DNA of 63,176 nucleotides, the filler included, from Reclinomonas americana ATCC 50394 (Eukaryota): the NCBI GenBank assembly GCA_048213135.1. It is 13 parts of 13 records of this genome, joined end to end, with 100 filler letters (N's around TTAATTAATTAA, not from the genome) between each part and the next. Parts side by side here need not be neighbours in the genome. Positions count along the whole stretch, not along the records: positions 31,760 to 41,109 come from AFZH01017778.1; positions 41,210 to 47,565 come from AFZH01017779.1; positions 47,666 to 54,200 come from AFZH01017780.1; 10 more parts are not named here. One strand, given 5' to 3'. The position numbers and the translations under genes were made by a program. Shown one piece after another: positions 38,962-51,262 of the stretch; position 1 is the stretch's first letter, and each line of letters begins with the position of its first letter. A model generated the notes under the pieces. The model ran no database searches. It saw only the letters and a list, made by a program, of their open reading frames with translations, and was not told the origin of the DNA.

Positions 38962-41900
38962 ATGCCCGTGCCCGACACCTGCGCCGTCGGCATCGACTTT
39001 GGCCACTCGGAAGTGCGCGCCTGCATCTGCATCGCCACCTCCGCGCACTCCACACGCCTCCACCGCAAGGCGCCCGCACTCTCCGTAACCTCGGGCTCAC
39101 TGGCCCTCCAATTAAGCACACTTGCCTCGGGAAGCTCACACACAGGCGGCGGAGGAGACTCGCTGGGAAATGGAAACGAGGTGTATCAGTTCGAGCCTGT
39201 GCGTTTCGCAGACGCGCCCTTGCAAGGTGCGACATGTTACACGTTGGTGGTTTGCCTTCGACCAAAGTGCACACGTCCCAACTTACGTATTCATTATCAT
39301 TATCATAATGTCATGTTGTGTACATAGCTCGCCCGATCTCTCGTGATGGATATGATGATGATGTGGGGGGAACGCCGAGGGCGATGGGTGTGTTGGAGAG
39401 GCGACCGGGAAGGATGAGTTATGCGGCACCGACGGTTTGGCGCGTTTCGGCGGATGCGGGGCGCCGCCCGGAAGCGTTTGGGGATGATGCGAAGCGGACG
39501 GCGCACATTCGCCCGGCGCAGACGTACTATGGCGCGGATTTTTATCGGGCGCATTATGCGTCGTTGCGTGAGAGGGATGGGAGGAGGGGGTGAAGGGAGG
39601 GGGATGGGGGGTGAGGGGGAAGGGAGGGAGAGAGAAGAGCGATAGTTTGTCGTTGGGAACCACTGTGATCGTGTCAGCGTGCGTCGGACACTGATCGATC
39701 GTGATGCGTGACCGCTCTCACACATCCGATGCCTCTGCACCTTGCTTGTTCTTTGTCAGACACAATCACAGTCTCTCACTTGCGAGGGTTCGGCGCTCTC
39801 CCGATCTCTCTCTCTCTCTCTCTCTCTCTCTCCCCTTTTCGTGGGTTCGGTGCTTGCCGTCGCTTCCATCGCATCCGTGTGGCCTCTGCACCATGCGTCC
39901 GACAATAATTCTCTCTCTCTCTCTCATGGGCTCTGTGCTCTGCCGACGCTCTGTTCTCGTCTGCGACTTATCATCAGTCACCCCCACTCTTTGTTTCGCG
40001 CACTCTCACCATCTCCCTGTCCGTCTCCCTCTCCCTCTCCCTCTCTCTCTCACACACACACACACACGAACACGCACACTCTGTCACTCTTTGGGTCGGA
40101 TGCTTTTTGCTTGGGTTCGTCGCTGTTCTTTGTTCCCAGCATCTCGTTGCATTCCATGCCAGTCGATCGTTCTCCTCGCCCTTTTCCCTTTCTCCTTCTC
40201 TCTTCTCCCTCTCCCTCCCTTTCTCCCTTCTCTTCCCCGCAACTCTCTTCCTAGTCCTTGTTTTCTCCTCCTCTCCTCTCTTCCGTCTCCCTATTACTCC
40301 TTCTCCTTACCTTCCCCTTCTTCCCCTTCTCCTTCACAGCGAACTCGGCCACCAAATGCTGGTCACCGCCCTGGCCTACGTGCTCGAATCGTGCTACTAC
40401 CACGTGGAGGAGTTCTTCGGGGAGAGCATCGTCCGCGGCTCAGTCGTCTTCACCTGCTGCATTGGCGTGCCAGGCACGGTGGACCCGATCACACGCGCCC
40501 TGTTCATGCGCTCGGCCAAGGAGGCCGGCTGGCGCGACTGCGTGCCCACCGACGTGTCGTCGTGCTTTGCGCTGGCCATGAACCACTCGCCCGTGCTGCG
40601 ACCGCGCTACGAGCGACCGGAGCGACCGGTGCCGTCGGACGGGCGCTTTCTGGTGATTGACGTGGGCGCCGGTGCCGTGCACTGCGCCGTGTACTCGCGC
40701 AAGAGCAGCGAGCTGGACCTGGAGTACAAGGCCTCGTACGACGATCTCGGTGGCGACGCCGTCACCTACGCCCTCTTTCGGCACGTGCTGACCACGATTC
40801 CGGCGCTGGAGATCAACCCCGACAAGAGCCCCATTGATCTGGCCGAATCACTGAAGCCCTACCACCGCGGCAACCAGCAGAACAAGGACTACCGGCGGCT
40901 GTGGATCGCCTGCGATCATGCCAAGGTCGATTTCGAGAACGACGCGCAGGAGGTGTCGATTTGCGTGCCGGCGTGGGGTTTTTGCGGCAACATTGAGGTC
41001 AAGCTGGATGTCGCGAAGGTATGTGAAGGAACATGAAGGACCTCTCTCTCTCTGCGTGCTGCGAATGCGTGTATTATACCACTCTCCTCCCTTGTTTTCC
41101 TTCTTCGTTNNNNNNNNNNNNNNNNNNNNNNNNNNNNNNNNNNNNNNNNNNNNTTAATTAATTAANNNNNNNNNNNNNNNNNNNNNNNNNNNNNNNNNNN
41201 NNNNNNNNNTTCCTTCCCCCTTTCCTTGTCCCTTTTCTCCCTTCTTCCTTCTCCCTTCTCTCTTCCCCTTCACCTTTCCCCCTTTCTCCTCTTCTTCCCC
41301 CCTCCCCTTCCCCTTCCCCTTCCCCTTCCCCCTTCCCCTTCTCTCACTTCCCCTTTTCCGTCCCCTCTTCGCAGTTTGAGGAAATCTGCCGACCATACGT
41401 CATGGCGGTGGAGTCGACGACGGCCAAATTCCTCACCTCAGTCGGCGTCTCCGTCTTCGACCTCTCCCACGTGTTCCTCACCGGCGGCGGCTCCAAACTC
41501 GACTCGCTGGCCGCAGTCCTCTCGCGCACGTACGGCTACGATCGTCTGGTTGTTATGAACGATCTGGTGGCACGTGCGCAGCCGCTCGCCCGCGGAGCCG
41601 CTCTGCTGGCCACCCAGACACGCGCCGTCAAGATCCTCTCCAACGGCCGCTTCGACACGTCGGGCTCGCTCTCCCGCAACCCGCCCTCGTCACCGCGCTC
41701 CCCCGTTCACCGGCAGCAGGATGCCACCAAGGGTTTGTTTTTCCATCCAAGCTACTATTCCCGTTATTTCACTCACCCACCCTGTGCCGACACAGACGTC
41801 ACCGATCACCTTCTCCCGCTCATCAGTCGCAGCTCGTACAGCTGGGTGATGGGTGTGGTTCTCCAAGAGCCAACGGGAGTTTCGTCTTGCGCTTGCATTT

Positions 41901-44900
41901 CCTCCTTTGTGATTTGTGGGCTGACCTCATTCCCCTCCACAGCGATTCACCACCGAGTCCGTGTACCGCGTCCACCCATTCGTGTCGTGGCAGTCGGGTG
42001 CTCCAGGCATCTACAAGGCCTACGTGGATCCGGTGCTGGTCGGCCAGCGCGCAGTCCTCATCCAAGTCGTGTGCGGCCGCTCCACGGCCGACACGCTCCG
42101 ACTCGACGACTGGCGCTGCCTGTGCCAGCTGCGCATCCCCGTCTTCAAGGCGTGCGATGTGGAGTTGTCGCTCGATTTCGACGCACTGGAGCGATTCTCC
42201 GTGCAGCTGCGCGACCTCGTCACCGGCGCCACCCGCCTGCTCAAGATCGACGGCTTGTACTCGCCACCCGACGGCATCCTGCACTCGCAGGAGACCGACG
42301 ATGTGCAGACTGCTGTTGCGTTCTTGTCTTGCCGCGCACCAGACTCTTGGCGTGATTGCTGACTTTCTGTCCCTTGCAGCTCGACATTGTGCTGTCGGCC
42401 AAGGACCCATCGGGTGAGGTCTCCGACATGCCGAATGCCTTCGGCTCGGCCTCCATTGCCGGCACCAGTGTGTTTGGCGGCATGTCGATGATGTCGCGCA
42501 TGTCGTCCGGGTCGAAATTGTCGACCGTCTCCAAGGTCTCCGCCATGTCCAAGTCGTCGGCCGTGTCGGGCGCCTCCTCCACCTCCACCTCACCACCAAC
42601 GTCCCCACGCGGAGTTTCTCGCACGTTCCGCGCCCCACCGGTGCTGGGCAAGGCTGACGCGCCAGTGGTGCCCACCAGCCAAGGCCAGTCGGTGCCCGGT
42701 GCCACGGTGCCGCCGTTGCCGCTGTCGCGTCTCAACTCGGCGCGCACGGGAACGCCGCGTCTCGCCGACGCCGAATTCATGTCCATCACCCCATCGCAAC
42801 TGCAACAAGAGTTGACACCTTCGCCCGCCTCCTCCAATGCCCTGCCACTGGCCGCCGCTGTCGTGGGCACCGGCATGGCGCAGCAGGCGGCAGATGCGGC
42901 TGCAGCCGCCAGCTACGAGCTAGAGTCGATGGGCGTCAGCAGTGGCGATTATTACTCCAAGCTGCGAGCGGAGGCCAAGGCCATGATGCAGCGGAGACCC
43001 GAGTTGCGTTGCAGGTGTTATTATGCTTGTCGATGGATAACTCCCTGTGTCTTACATCGTTGATATGCAGGAGGGACGAACGACCGCGCAGTCGGAGTCC
43101 GCGCGAGAGCAGCCCGTCACCGAGCGAGGGCGATCGGTGCGCGCGTTTCTCATTCCACCTTTGTGTCCTCCTCATTCTCTCACGCGTATCGAGACAACAG
43201 AGCCGCGTCACCGTCAGCGCACCTGCTGAAGGATCGTGCAATGCACGACGACGAGGACGACCTTGACGCTTTCCGCGACCTGGCCGATCACCTGCCACTG
43301 AGCCAATCGGTGACGCGCATTCCAAAGGTGAGCTGCCTCTCTCACACACACACACTTGCTCTCTCTTTCTCTTTCTCTCTCCCTGTCATCTGACCTTGTG
43401 TGCATGTAGAAATACGGCAACATGATTCGCTCCGAGTTCAATCAGACAACACACGCCGTCAACATCTCCGCCAAGCCGTGCGGCGACATTGGCGCGCTGG
43501 TGCTGTCGCGCTTTATTTCGGGTCCGCTGCCGACCGAGGTTTGTGACACGATTTCATCTTGCTCTCTCTTCTTCTTCCGCTCTGTTCCCGCGCTCCGTAT
43601 TCGCTCTCTCGTCACTGCCCGCCTTCGCTCCCCTCTTTCTCCTTTCCTTGCCCTTCCTTCGCTCCCATTCCCCCTTTCCCGTTTCACCTCCCCCTTGCTT
43701 TCCCCATTTTCTTTCCCTTTCTCTTCCTTTCTCCTCCCCCTTCTCCCTCTCCCTTCGCCTTCCCTTTTCATTCGTCTCTCTCCTATCACATTTTCGCTTT
43801 CCTTCCCCCTTCTCCTCCCCCTGTCACTTCCCCCGTTCCTTCTCCCTTTCTCTTCCCCTCTCGCTTCCCTCTTCCTCTTCCCCTTTCTCTTTCCACTTCA
43901 CCTTCCCCTTTCCTTCCCCCTTTCCTTCCCCCTGTTCCTCTTCCCGTTTCACTTCTCCTTTTCCGTCCCCCCTTTCCCTTCCCCGTTTCCTTCTCCCTTT
44001 CCGTTCCCCGTTTCCTTCCCCCTGTCCGTTCCCCAGTGCCTCCCCCCTTTCCTCCCCCCTTCGCCTTCCCCCTTTCCCTTACTTCTCTGCGCAGCTCCAC
44101 CACCTGCTGCTCTCCCGCTGCCACATCACGGACGAGGGCGCCAAGTATCTGTGCGCCGCTCTGCTGCCCGTGACAGATCACACTGGCCTGTGTCGCAGGT
44201 CGAACATCAAGTCGATTGACTTGTCGTGGAACTCGCTGTCGTTTGTCGGCGCCTGCTACGTCTCCATGATTGCGGCCATGACGCCCACGTTGACGTCGCT
44301 CAATGTGACTGCCAGTGATTTGAAGGATGAGGTGAGTGGGGAAGGGAAGAGAGAGAGAGGGGAGAGGGAGAGGGAGAGGGAGAGAGCGAGAGGGAAAGAA
44401 GGAGAGCAAGTGTGAGGGAGAGAGAAGAAGAAGAAGAAAAGAGGGGTATGGGAAGGACAGGGAAAGGGAGAGCGCGAGAGGGAAAGAGAGAGAGCGACAG
44501 AAAGAGAGAAGCGAGAGGAAAACAGAGCGAGCGAGAGAGAAGAGAAGCGAGGAAAAGACAGAGAGAGAGAGAGGAAAAGACAGAGAGCGAGAGAAAAAGA
44601 AGGAGGGCAAGTGTGAGGGAGAGAGAGAAGAAGAAGAAAAGGAGGGGTATGGAAGTGACAGGGAAAGGGAGAGCGCGTGAGGGAAAGAGAGAGAGAGCGA
44701 CAGAAAGACAGAAGCGAGAGGAAATAGAGAGCGAGAGGAAAACAGAGCGAGCGAGAGAGAAGAGAAGCGAGGAAAAGACAGAGAGAGAGAGAAAAGCAAG
44801 AGAGATGAGTGCATTTATTGTGTTTGCCATCCGTGTGTACGTGCGCGAGCGTGAGTTGCGAACTCGTTTGCCGAGAAAGAGAGTCCATTTCTTCGAGGCT

Positions 44901-47010
44901 CTCTTTCTGAGACTCTCGCATTCTTTCCCTCACTGCGTGTGTGTTTCTCACCACCCCTATCGCCCACCCTCCACCCATTACTCATCACCCTGCCTTCCCC
45001 CTCCCACAGGGCTCCGCTTGGCTTGCCCGCTCCCTCGTTTCACCCTTTGGCAGTCGGGAGAATGTGCACCAGTCGGTGACGGCTGTGATCAGCTACTACC
45101 TGACGACGAACGTGGCAACCCGCTCGCGCGAGACGCAGGCCCGGCAGCAGATGCACGCCACGCCGACGACGCCGGCCTCACGCGCGGCAACTCCGGCTGC
45201 CGGTGCTGCCACACCACGCACTCCGACGCCGTACGACCGCGCCTCCACCCCATTCTCGCCCATTGCTTCGGTGACCCCGAGCGCCCCCGTGTCCACCACA
45301 CGCGCCACCCCTGCCATGGCAGAGCAGTTGCCGCCGGAGGAGCCAATGCCACCGGTGTTGCCGTCGTTCACCGAGACGTCGCTCGGCGTGGGCATTCGGC
45401 TGAATGCCTTCGAGGCCGCCTTCCACATGTGGATGGACGACGATTTCGAGACGCGTGGAGTGGCGGCCGAGACCCTGGCTGCCAAGAGCGCTCGCAATGG
45501 TGTGCCGGCGGCGGCTACCTCGCAGGCACTGGCGGAGGCCAAGGAGAGTGCGGCTGTGGGCAGTGGCGCCGAGATGACGCTGAGCGACATTCGCACACGC
45601 ATTGCCTCGCGCATCGAAAAGGTCGTGCGCACCGACGGCTACGCCAACCTCCTTCGCATCTCGTCGCGACTCGCCGATGCCGCGCAGAATGCCAGCCTGG
45701 TGAGTGTTGAAGTGAGGTTGGTCTGTTGTGGACGAGTGCATTGACGATGTTGCTTGTCGCGCTGCGCAGTGCATGCTGGAGATTTTGATTGCCGACGAGT
45801 GCAACATTGGCGACGCTGGAGCGTGTGCACTGGGTGATGCGCTGAAGCACGATCCACCACTGCGAGTGCTCTCGTTGCGACAGAATGCCAGTTGCGTAGC
45901 ACACGGGAGGGGAGGAGATGCACAGCAGAGAGAGAGAGAGAAAGAGAGAGGGGGTCTTCTCGTCCTTTCTGGTCTGTCTCCGTGGCATCCTCATCTTTCC
46001 CTTTTTTTCAGTCGGCGAACTGGGCATCGTCGGCCTGGCGTACGGCCTCGTCGGCAACTCGCACCTGGAGGACCTGAACCTGGCAAACAACAGCATCCGC
46101 GACAGCGCGCTGCAGCATCTCGGACAGGCCATTATGGTCAACGACACGCTGGAGAAGCTGGATGTCAGCGGAGGCACGATTTCGGATTATGGTGCCGACG
46201 TGCTGTGTGGCTCGCTGGCGGCGAACCGCACTGTGCATTTCGTCCGCGTTCGCAACAACAACATCAGTCAGGCGGGCGCAAACACGGTACTCAAGGCCGT
46301 GGAGGCACTGGATCACATTGTCGAGTTTGAGTTGCGTGAAGCTTCAAGGTGCCTTGTCATGTCAAGTTGCTCTCTCACCCTCTCTCTTCATTCGTGCAGC
46401 TTGTCGGGCAATCCTGTGACGTACGAGTTCCAGGACAAGATTCGACGATACCTGCTGCCACGGCGCGAGGCATTTATTCGTGACTCTGTGCGGCGGGAGG
46501 CTGAGGAGGTGAGACAAGCAGAAACGAATTCACGTCACTTCTGTGCCGATGACTTACGAATGTGTTGCTTGCAGGAACGGGACAGGGAACGAGAGCTGTC
46601 CGCAGGCGCCTCACCATCGCCGTCGTCGTCGGTGGGTCGTTCGCGCTCGCGGTCTCCACAGAAGCGGTTGTGGACACCTTCACCTGCACCGCCTCCCAAG
46701 TCGCGCTTCCCCACAATAGGTGCGTGTCTTCTTTACAAGGCGGCTTGGCTTGTCTGCAAAGGCTCATCCTTTTCGTCGTCCACAGATCAACTACTTGGTC
46801 GCTACCAGACGAGTTCGCAAGCAGAATCGTGCGTTGCCTTTGTTGTGCTCTCCCCTTTCTTTGATTGCTCATCCACCCTCCCCCCACAGTTTGCAACAAG
46901 TGGCGGAGAAATCCATGATGCGAACCCTGCAGCGCGAGCTGGTGCAGCACACGGTAAAGGAGCAACAGCAGGCGTACCAGGCCACTGTAAATCGATACAA
47001 GCCGCGATAG
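38962..47010 (+). CDS. Divergent Hsp70-like (NBD + SBD-beta) protein fused to RI-like leucine-rich repeats (spans gap at 41110)
   Basis: AVGIDFGHSEVR, EAFGDDAKRTAHIRPAQT, FLVIDVGAG, DLGGDAVT, FEEICRP, VFLTGGGSK, LARGAALLA, SBD-like VELSLDFDA...VQLRDLVTG. Phase-compatible GT-AG splicing continues through a Ser/Pro linker into LRRs (LLLSRCHITDEGAKYL, LDVSGGTISDYGADVL, LNLANNSIRD) to TAG at 47010. Confidence 0.8.
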
Positions 47011-47042
47011 TGGTTGCAACAACAAAGAGAGTGTACCTTAAT

Positions 47043-48906
47043 TTACTGTTTTGGTTTACCCTCCTCCAATGACACGTAGTCGGTCAGCACCGGCAGCTCC
47101 TGCGAGGCATTGCTCGTATTTCTCATTCGTGTCAACTGTGACAGCAAGAGAGTGAGTGAGTGAGGAGGAAGGCAAGGAGAGGGGCAGCAGAGGTAGCGCA
47201 CCGTCGCCTTCTTCGCCCATGCCGTATTCATCAGCACCGTGAGCAGTAGACTCGATGAAGCGTCGAAGCACAGGAACATGATGGTGAGCAGGCTGGCGGA
47301 GAAGGCAGATGTGAGAAGGTGGTAAAGGAGAGAGATGAGATGCTCGCACGCAACGCCAAGTTCTTGTAGGCGAATGGTTGCGCGCTGAGAATGCCGGTCA
47401 AATACACTTGCACGGTGAGGACGAATGCGGCCTCCGGGAGCACGATGATTGAGAGCTGCGAAGGGGGAAGGGGGAAGATACGGAAGGGGAGAGCGAGAGG
47501 GAGAGAGAGGAGGGGGGGGGAGAGGAAGGGGGAGAGCGAGACGGGGAGAGCGAGAGAGGGGGAGCNNNNNNNNNNNNNNNNNNNNNNNNNNNNNNNNNNN
47601 NNNNNNNNNTTAATTAATTAANNNNNNNNNNNNNNNNNNNNNNNNNNNNNNNNNNNNNNNNNNNNGAGCGAGAAGGACGACGCAAAAAAACGAGGAGAGA
47701 GGGTACATCGTGAGCGACATGAACACCATGAAGGAAACGAGAACGACGATCGCCAAACCTTGATGAGCGCTTTGAAGGCCACGAGCGAATGCCGCCGACA
47801 TAGGCCACGAATTACCGTCACCAACACGGCCGCTTTGCAGTGCATCACAATAAGGCATTGCGCTTACGGGAGAGCGACGAGGAAGCAGACGCAACTCATG
47901 ATCGTAAACAGCAGAAACGACAAGGCATAGATGAACTGGAGAGGGGCGAAACAAGTGAATGAAACGTGGCAGCTGACAATCTGCTGAGAATAGCAAGGAC
48001 TCAACAGCAGTGTTGGCAGTCAGCAGCGGCTTGTGCAGTGGCCATGGCGGATGATTCCACATGAGGCCCTGCGTCGTGTAGATGCCAATCTGCCAACACC
48101 GCGTCAGCAACAAGCGAGCACGGAACAGGAGTGATCCAGAGGTCACGCAACTGCATTGAGCACCACATACACCACCGTGGCCACTATGACCCACTGACTC
48201 AGTTTCGCCACTTTCACAAGAAGCCACGACCTACAGACACAGCAGTCAATCGCTCGCCCACACACAGACAGACACAGACACACAGACACACGCACCACAT
48301 GGTAATGAGCAGCATCTGACGGAACAACCCCACGACAAAATACGCATTAAACTGCGTACTGGAGTGGGAACTCGGTCCAGCTTGCGGATATATACACAGG
48401 AACTGATCATCAAACGCATACACGGCAATACCTAAGAAAAAAACATGATAAGAGACAGGTGGAACATGAGAGGACAACAATCCGACATGTGCGCAACAGA
48501 TGCACTCTGCAAACGAGGCCACGCGGAGCAACTGATACAACCATCGCTGCAACTGACTGTCCATCTTATCCTGCTTGTGCCCAGAGCGAATCATAAAGCT
48601 GTGAGAATGAGAAGAATGAGAATGATGAGAACTGGTGTTCGGGTACGGTTTTCCATCGTGTTTTCCTCGCCTTCTTCTGCGATCAGCAATGATGTTGTAT
48701 ACAAAGGCGACGGCGGTGGCTGCGGAGCCAATGATGCCCTCAGCCTGTGTCCATTTTTTCTTTTATATTGAGAGACATATAGTAAGAGAAAGAGATGCGC
48801 GCACAGGCAAAGACGCGACTTGCAAGATGGAGACCCATGCTTGACAGTGTGCAAAGCTCTCGGGGAAGGCGGGTGGGTACGGGTCAGGAGGAGGAGGCCC
48901 GCTCAT
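47043..48906 (-). CDS. Multi-pass membrane protein, possibly GPCR-like (spans gap at 47566)
   Basis: Spliced MSGPPPPDPYP...AW|AEGIIGSAATAVAFVYNII, further hydrophobic helices (GLAIVVLVSFMVFMSLTM; LSIIVLPEAAFVLTVQVYL; ASLLTIMFLCFDASSSLLLTVLM), stop at 47043. Confidence 0.65.
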
Positions 48907-48973
48907 TCGTCTGTTATGTGTGACTGAGTGTGTGCAGGACACACTACACTGTGACTGCGCGTTTTGTGCTCTT

Positions 48974-50405
48974 ATGATTGAGGTCAAGCGGTTGCTGGTG
49001 ACTCCCTCTGACTGTGCGATTGATGAGCCGCTGGCTGTGCGACTTGACTTTCAAGGTGAGAGAGTGGGGAAGGGTGAGAGAGAGAGATGCGACGTTCGCG
49101 CAGTGCTCTCTCTCTTGTCTCTGTTGTTGGCTCTCAGTCTGTCTGTCTGTGCTGCCCACTCTTATGCTCTCTTGCTCTCTCACTCTTTCAGTGGCATATG
49201 GAGCAGAGAAGACAACTTCGCAGAATGATCGTTCTTCTCTTTCTCCTGTCTCTGCTCTCCTCTCTCCTCTCTCTGACTCTCAGTCTGTCTGTGTTGTGCC
49301 CACTCTTATCCTCTCTCACTCTCTCGCTCTCTCAGCGACTGGCGAAGCAGGGAGAGAGACAACTTCGCAGAATGATCATTTCATCTTCTCTCTGCTCTCA
49401 GCTCTCTGCTCTCCCTCTTCTCTCTCTCTCTCTGACTCTCAGCCTGCCTGTCTGTGTTGCCCACTCCTACGCTCTCTCATTCTCTCACTCTTTCAGTGAC
49501 AGATGAAGGAGAGAGAGACAACTTCGCAGAATGATCTTCTCCTTCTCTTCTCTCTGCTCTCTCTGACTGGTTGTCTGTCTCTCTGGCTGTTCTTCCCCTC
49601 TCATACGCTCTCTCACTCTCTCACTCTCTCGGCGACTGGCGAAGCAGGGAGAGAGACAACTTCGCAGAAACGATCATTCGTTTCCTCTTCCCTCTTCTCT
49701 CTGCTCTCCCTCTTTTCTCTCCCTCTCTGACTGGTTGTCTGTCTCTCTGTCTGTTCTTTACCTCTTGTGCTCTCTCATTCTGTCACTCTCTCAGCACCGG
49801 CGAAGGAGAGAGAGACAACTTCGCAACTGATCATTCTTTCTTTGCCTCTCTCTCTCTGTTCCTTCCTCTCCTTACTCGCCCTCTCCTCTGCTGGACTGCC
49901 TGCCTGTTATGTTTTTCCATTCGTCCACTCAGTCCCTTTCTCAGACAGCTTGCACTCACCGCTCATTCCCTTCTCCTTCTCCCTCTTTCCCTTTCCTTCT
50001 CCCTCGCTTCCCCTTCATTTAGTGACCGCCGAGGAAGGCCTCAACAACGTCTACTGGCGCCTCCAATACTCCTACGACGACCGCCGCGGCGATCGCCACG
50101 TCGTCGAGCTGCACCGCTCCGTGGCGCCCTCCTCGCACGACTACGCGCACAACGAAAAGTGCGAGTACGCCATTGACTTGCCGGCACTGGATCTGCAGCA
50201 GGGTGCTCCCGCAGCTGCGGGAGAGAAGAAGCCGCGAATGAGCGCGCACACTGGTCTCCTCTCGTTGGTGTTGTGTCGGCACAAGTCGGCCGAGGATGAT
50301 CCGGCGGGCGAGGATCCCGAGGTCTCCGAGATTACGATTCCCACCGAGGTGCGCAAGGAGGCTGGAGGGGAGTTTGTGCGGTCGTTCCTCAATCCGTTTG
50401 CGTGA
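48974..50405 (+). CDS. ASF1-like Ig-fold protein (two exons)
   Basis: MIEVKRLLVTPSDCAIDEPLAVRLDFQ|VTAEEGLNNVYWRLQYSYD...GLLSLVL...EFVRSFLNPFA follows the ASF1 beta-sandwich pattern but is too divergent to call canonical ASF1. Confidence 0.6.
49130..49830. repeat. Intronic ~140-160-nt tandem repeat
   Basis: Core AGAGACAACTTCGCAGAATGATC recurs five times (~49208, 49355, 49513, 49652, 49811), with flanking similarity. Confidence 0.8.
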
Positions 50406-50861
50406 GGGAGGGGGTGAGGGAGAGAATGAGAGAGAGTAAGGGGGGCGAGAGGGTTGCAATGTATGGCTTTGACGCTCGGTGAAGAGGAGCACAGGAGAAC
50501 GAGCGCAACAGGTTTTGCTTCGTCGACTCTGCTGTGAAGATATGTTCTTCGTTGCTTGACTTGTCTCTGTCGGAATTGTGAAGAAGCTGTGGATATGCAT
50601 CGTCTACAAGGAGGTGAAGCCCGGTTTGGTTTGCATGGAGAGCGCCGGCCCTGCAAGTCGTCGAGCACTTCTCGATCGACGTCGACTTCGATCTCCCTTC
50701 CTGCAAATGGACTTCTCCAGCAAAGACATCTCCGCTTACAAAGCAAGGGCTATAGTGATACTCTCCCCCCTCCTCTTCCCACGTCTCGCCTCACCCTCGA
50801 GCTGTCCATCGGTGTCCCACACGCAACTTTTTCCATCATATCACACTCTCTTGGAGAGCGA

Positions 50862-51099
50862 ATGCTTGTGGTGTACGATCCCTTCACTGGCGTGGGCTCT
50901 GGCATTGTACAAGCACGGGTGCGCCCTTTCTCTTTCTTTGCAGAGTCTCCGCCTGCACGTCTCTCACTCACCTGCTTGCAGGGAAGAGAGTTCCGCGTGA
51001 GTGCAGTCTTCTCGCAAGGCCGTGTGGAACGCGTGGAATGCGACGCAGAGATGCGTCTGTGTGTGCGTGAGCATGAGGAGGTGTTTCGCAAGGTACCCA

Positions 51100-51133
<34 letters not shown>

Positions 51134-51231
51134 AAGGGTTATTCTCCTTGATCACCAGACCGCATTCACTCTCGCGTTTGCTCCCTTTCTTTCGCTGTCT
51201 CACGCATTCCTTTGTTTCCCGTCCTCCCTCC

Positions 51232-51262
<31 letters not shown>

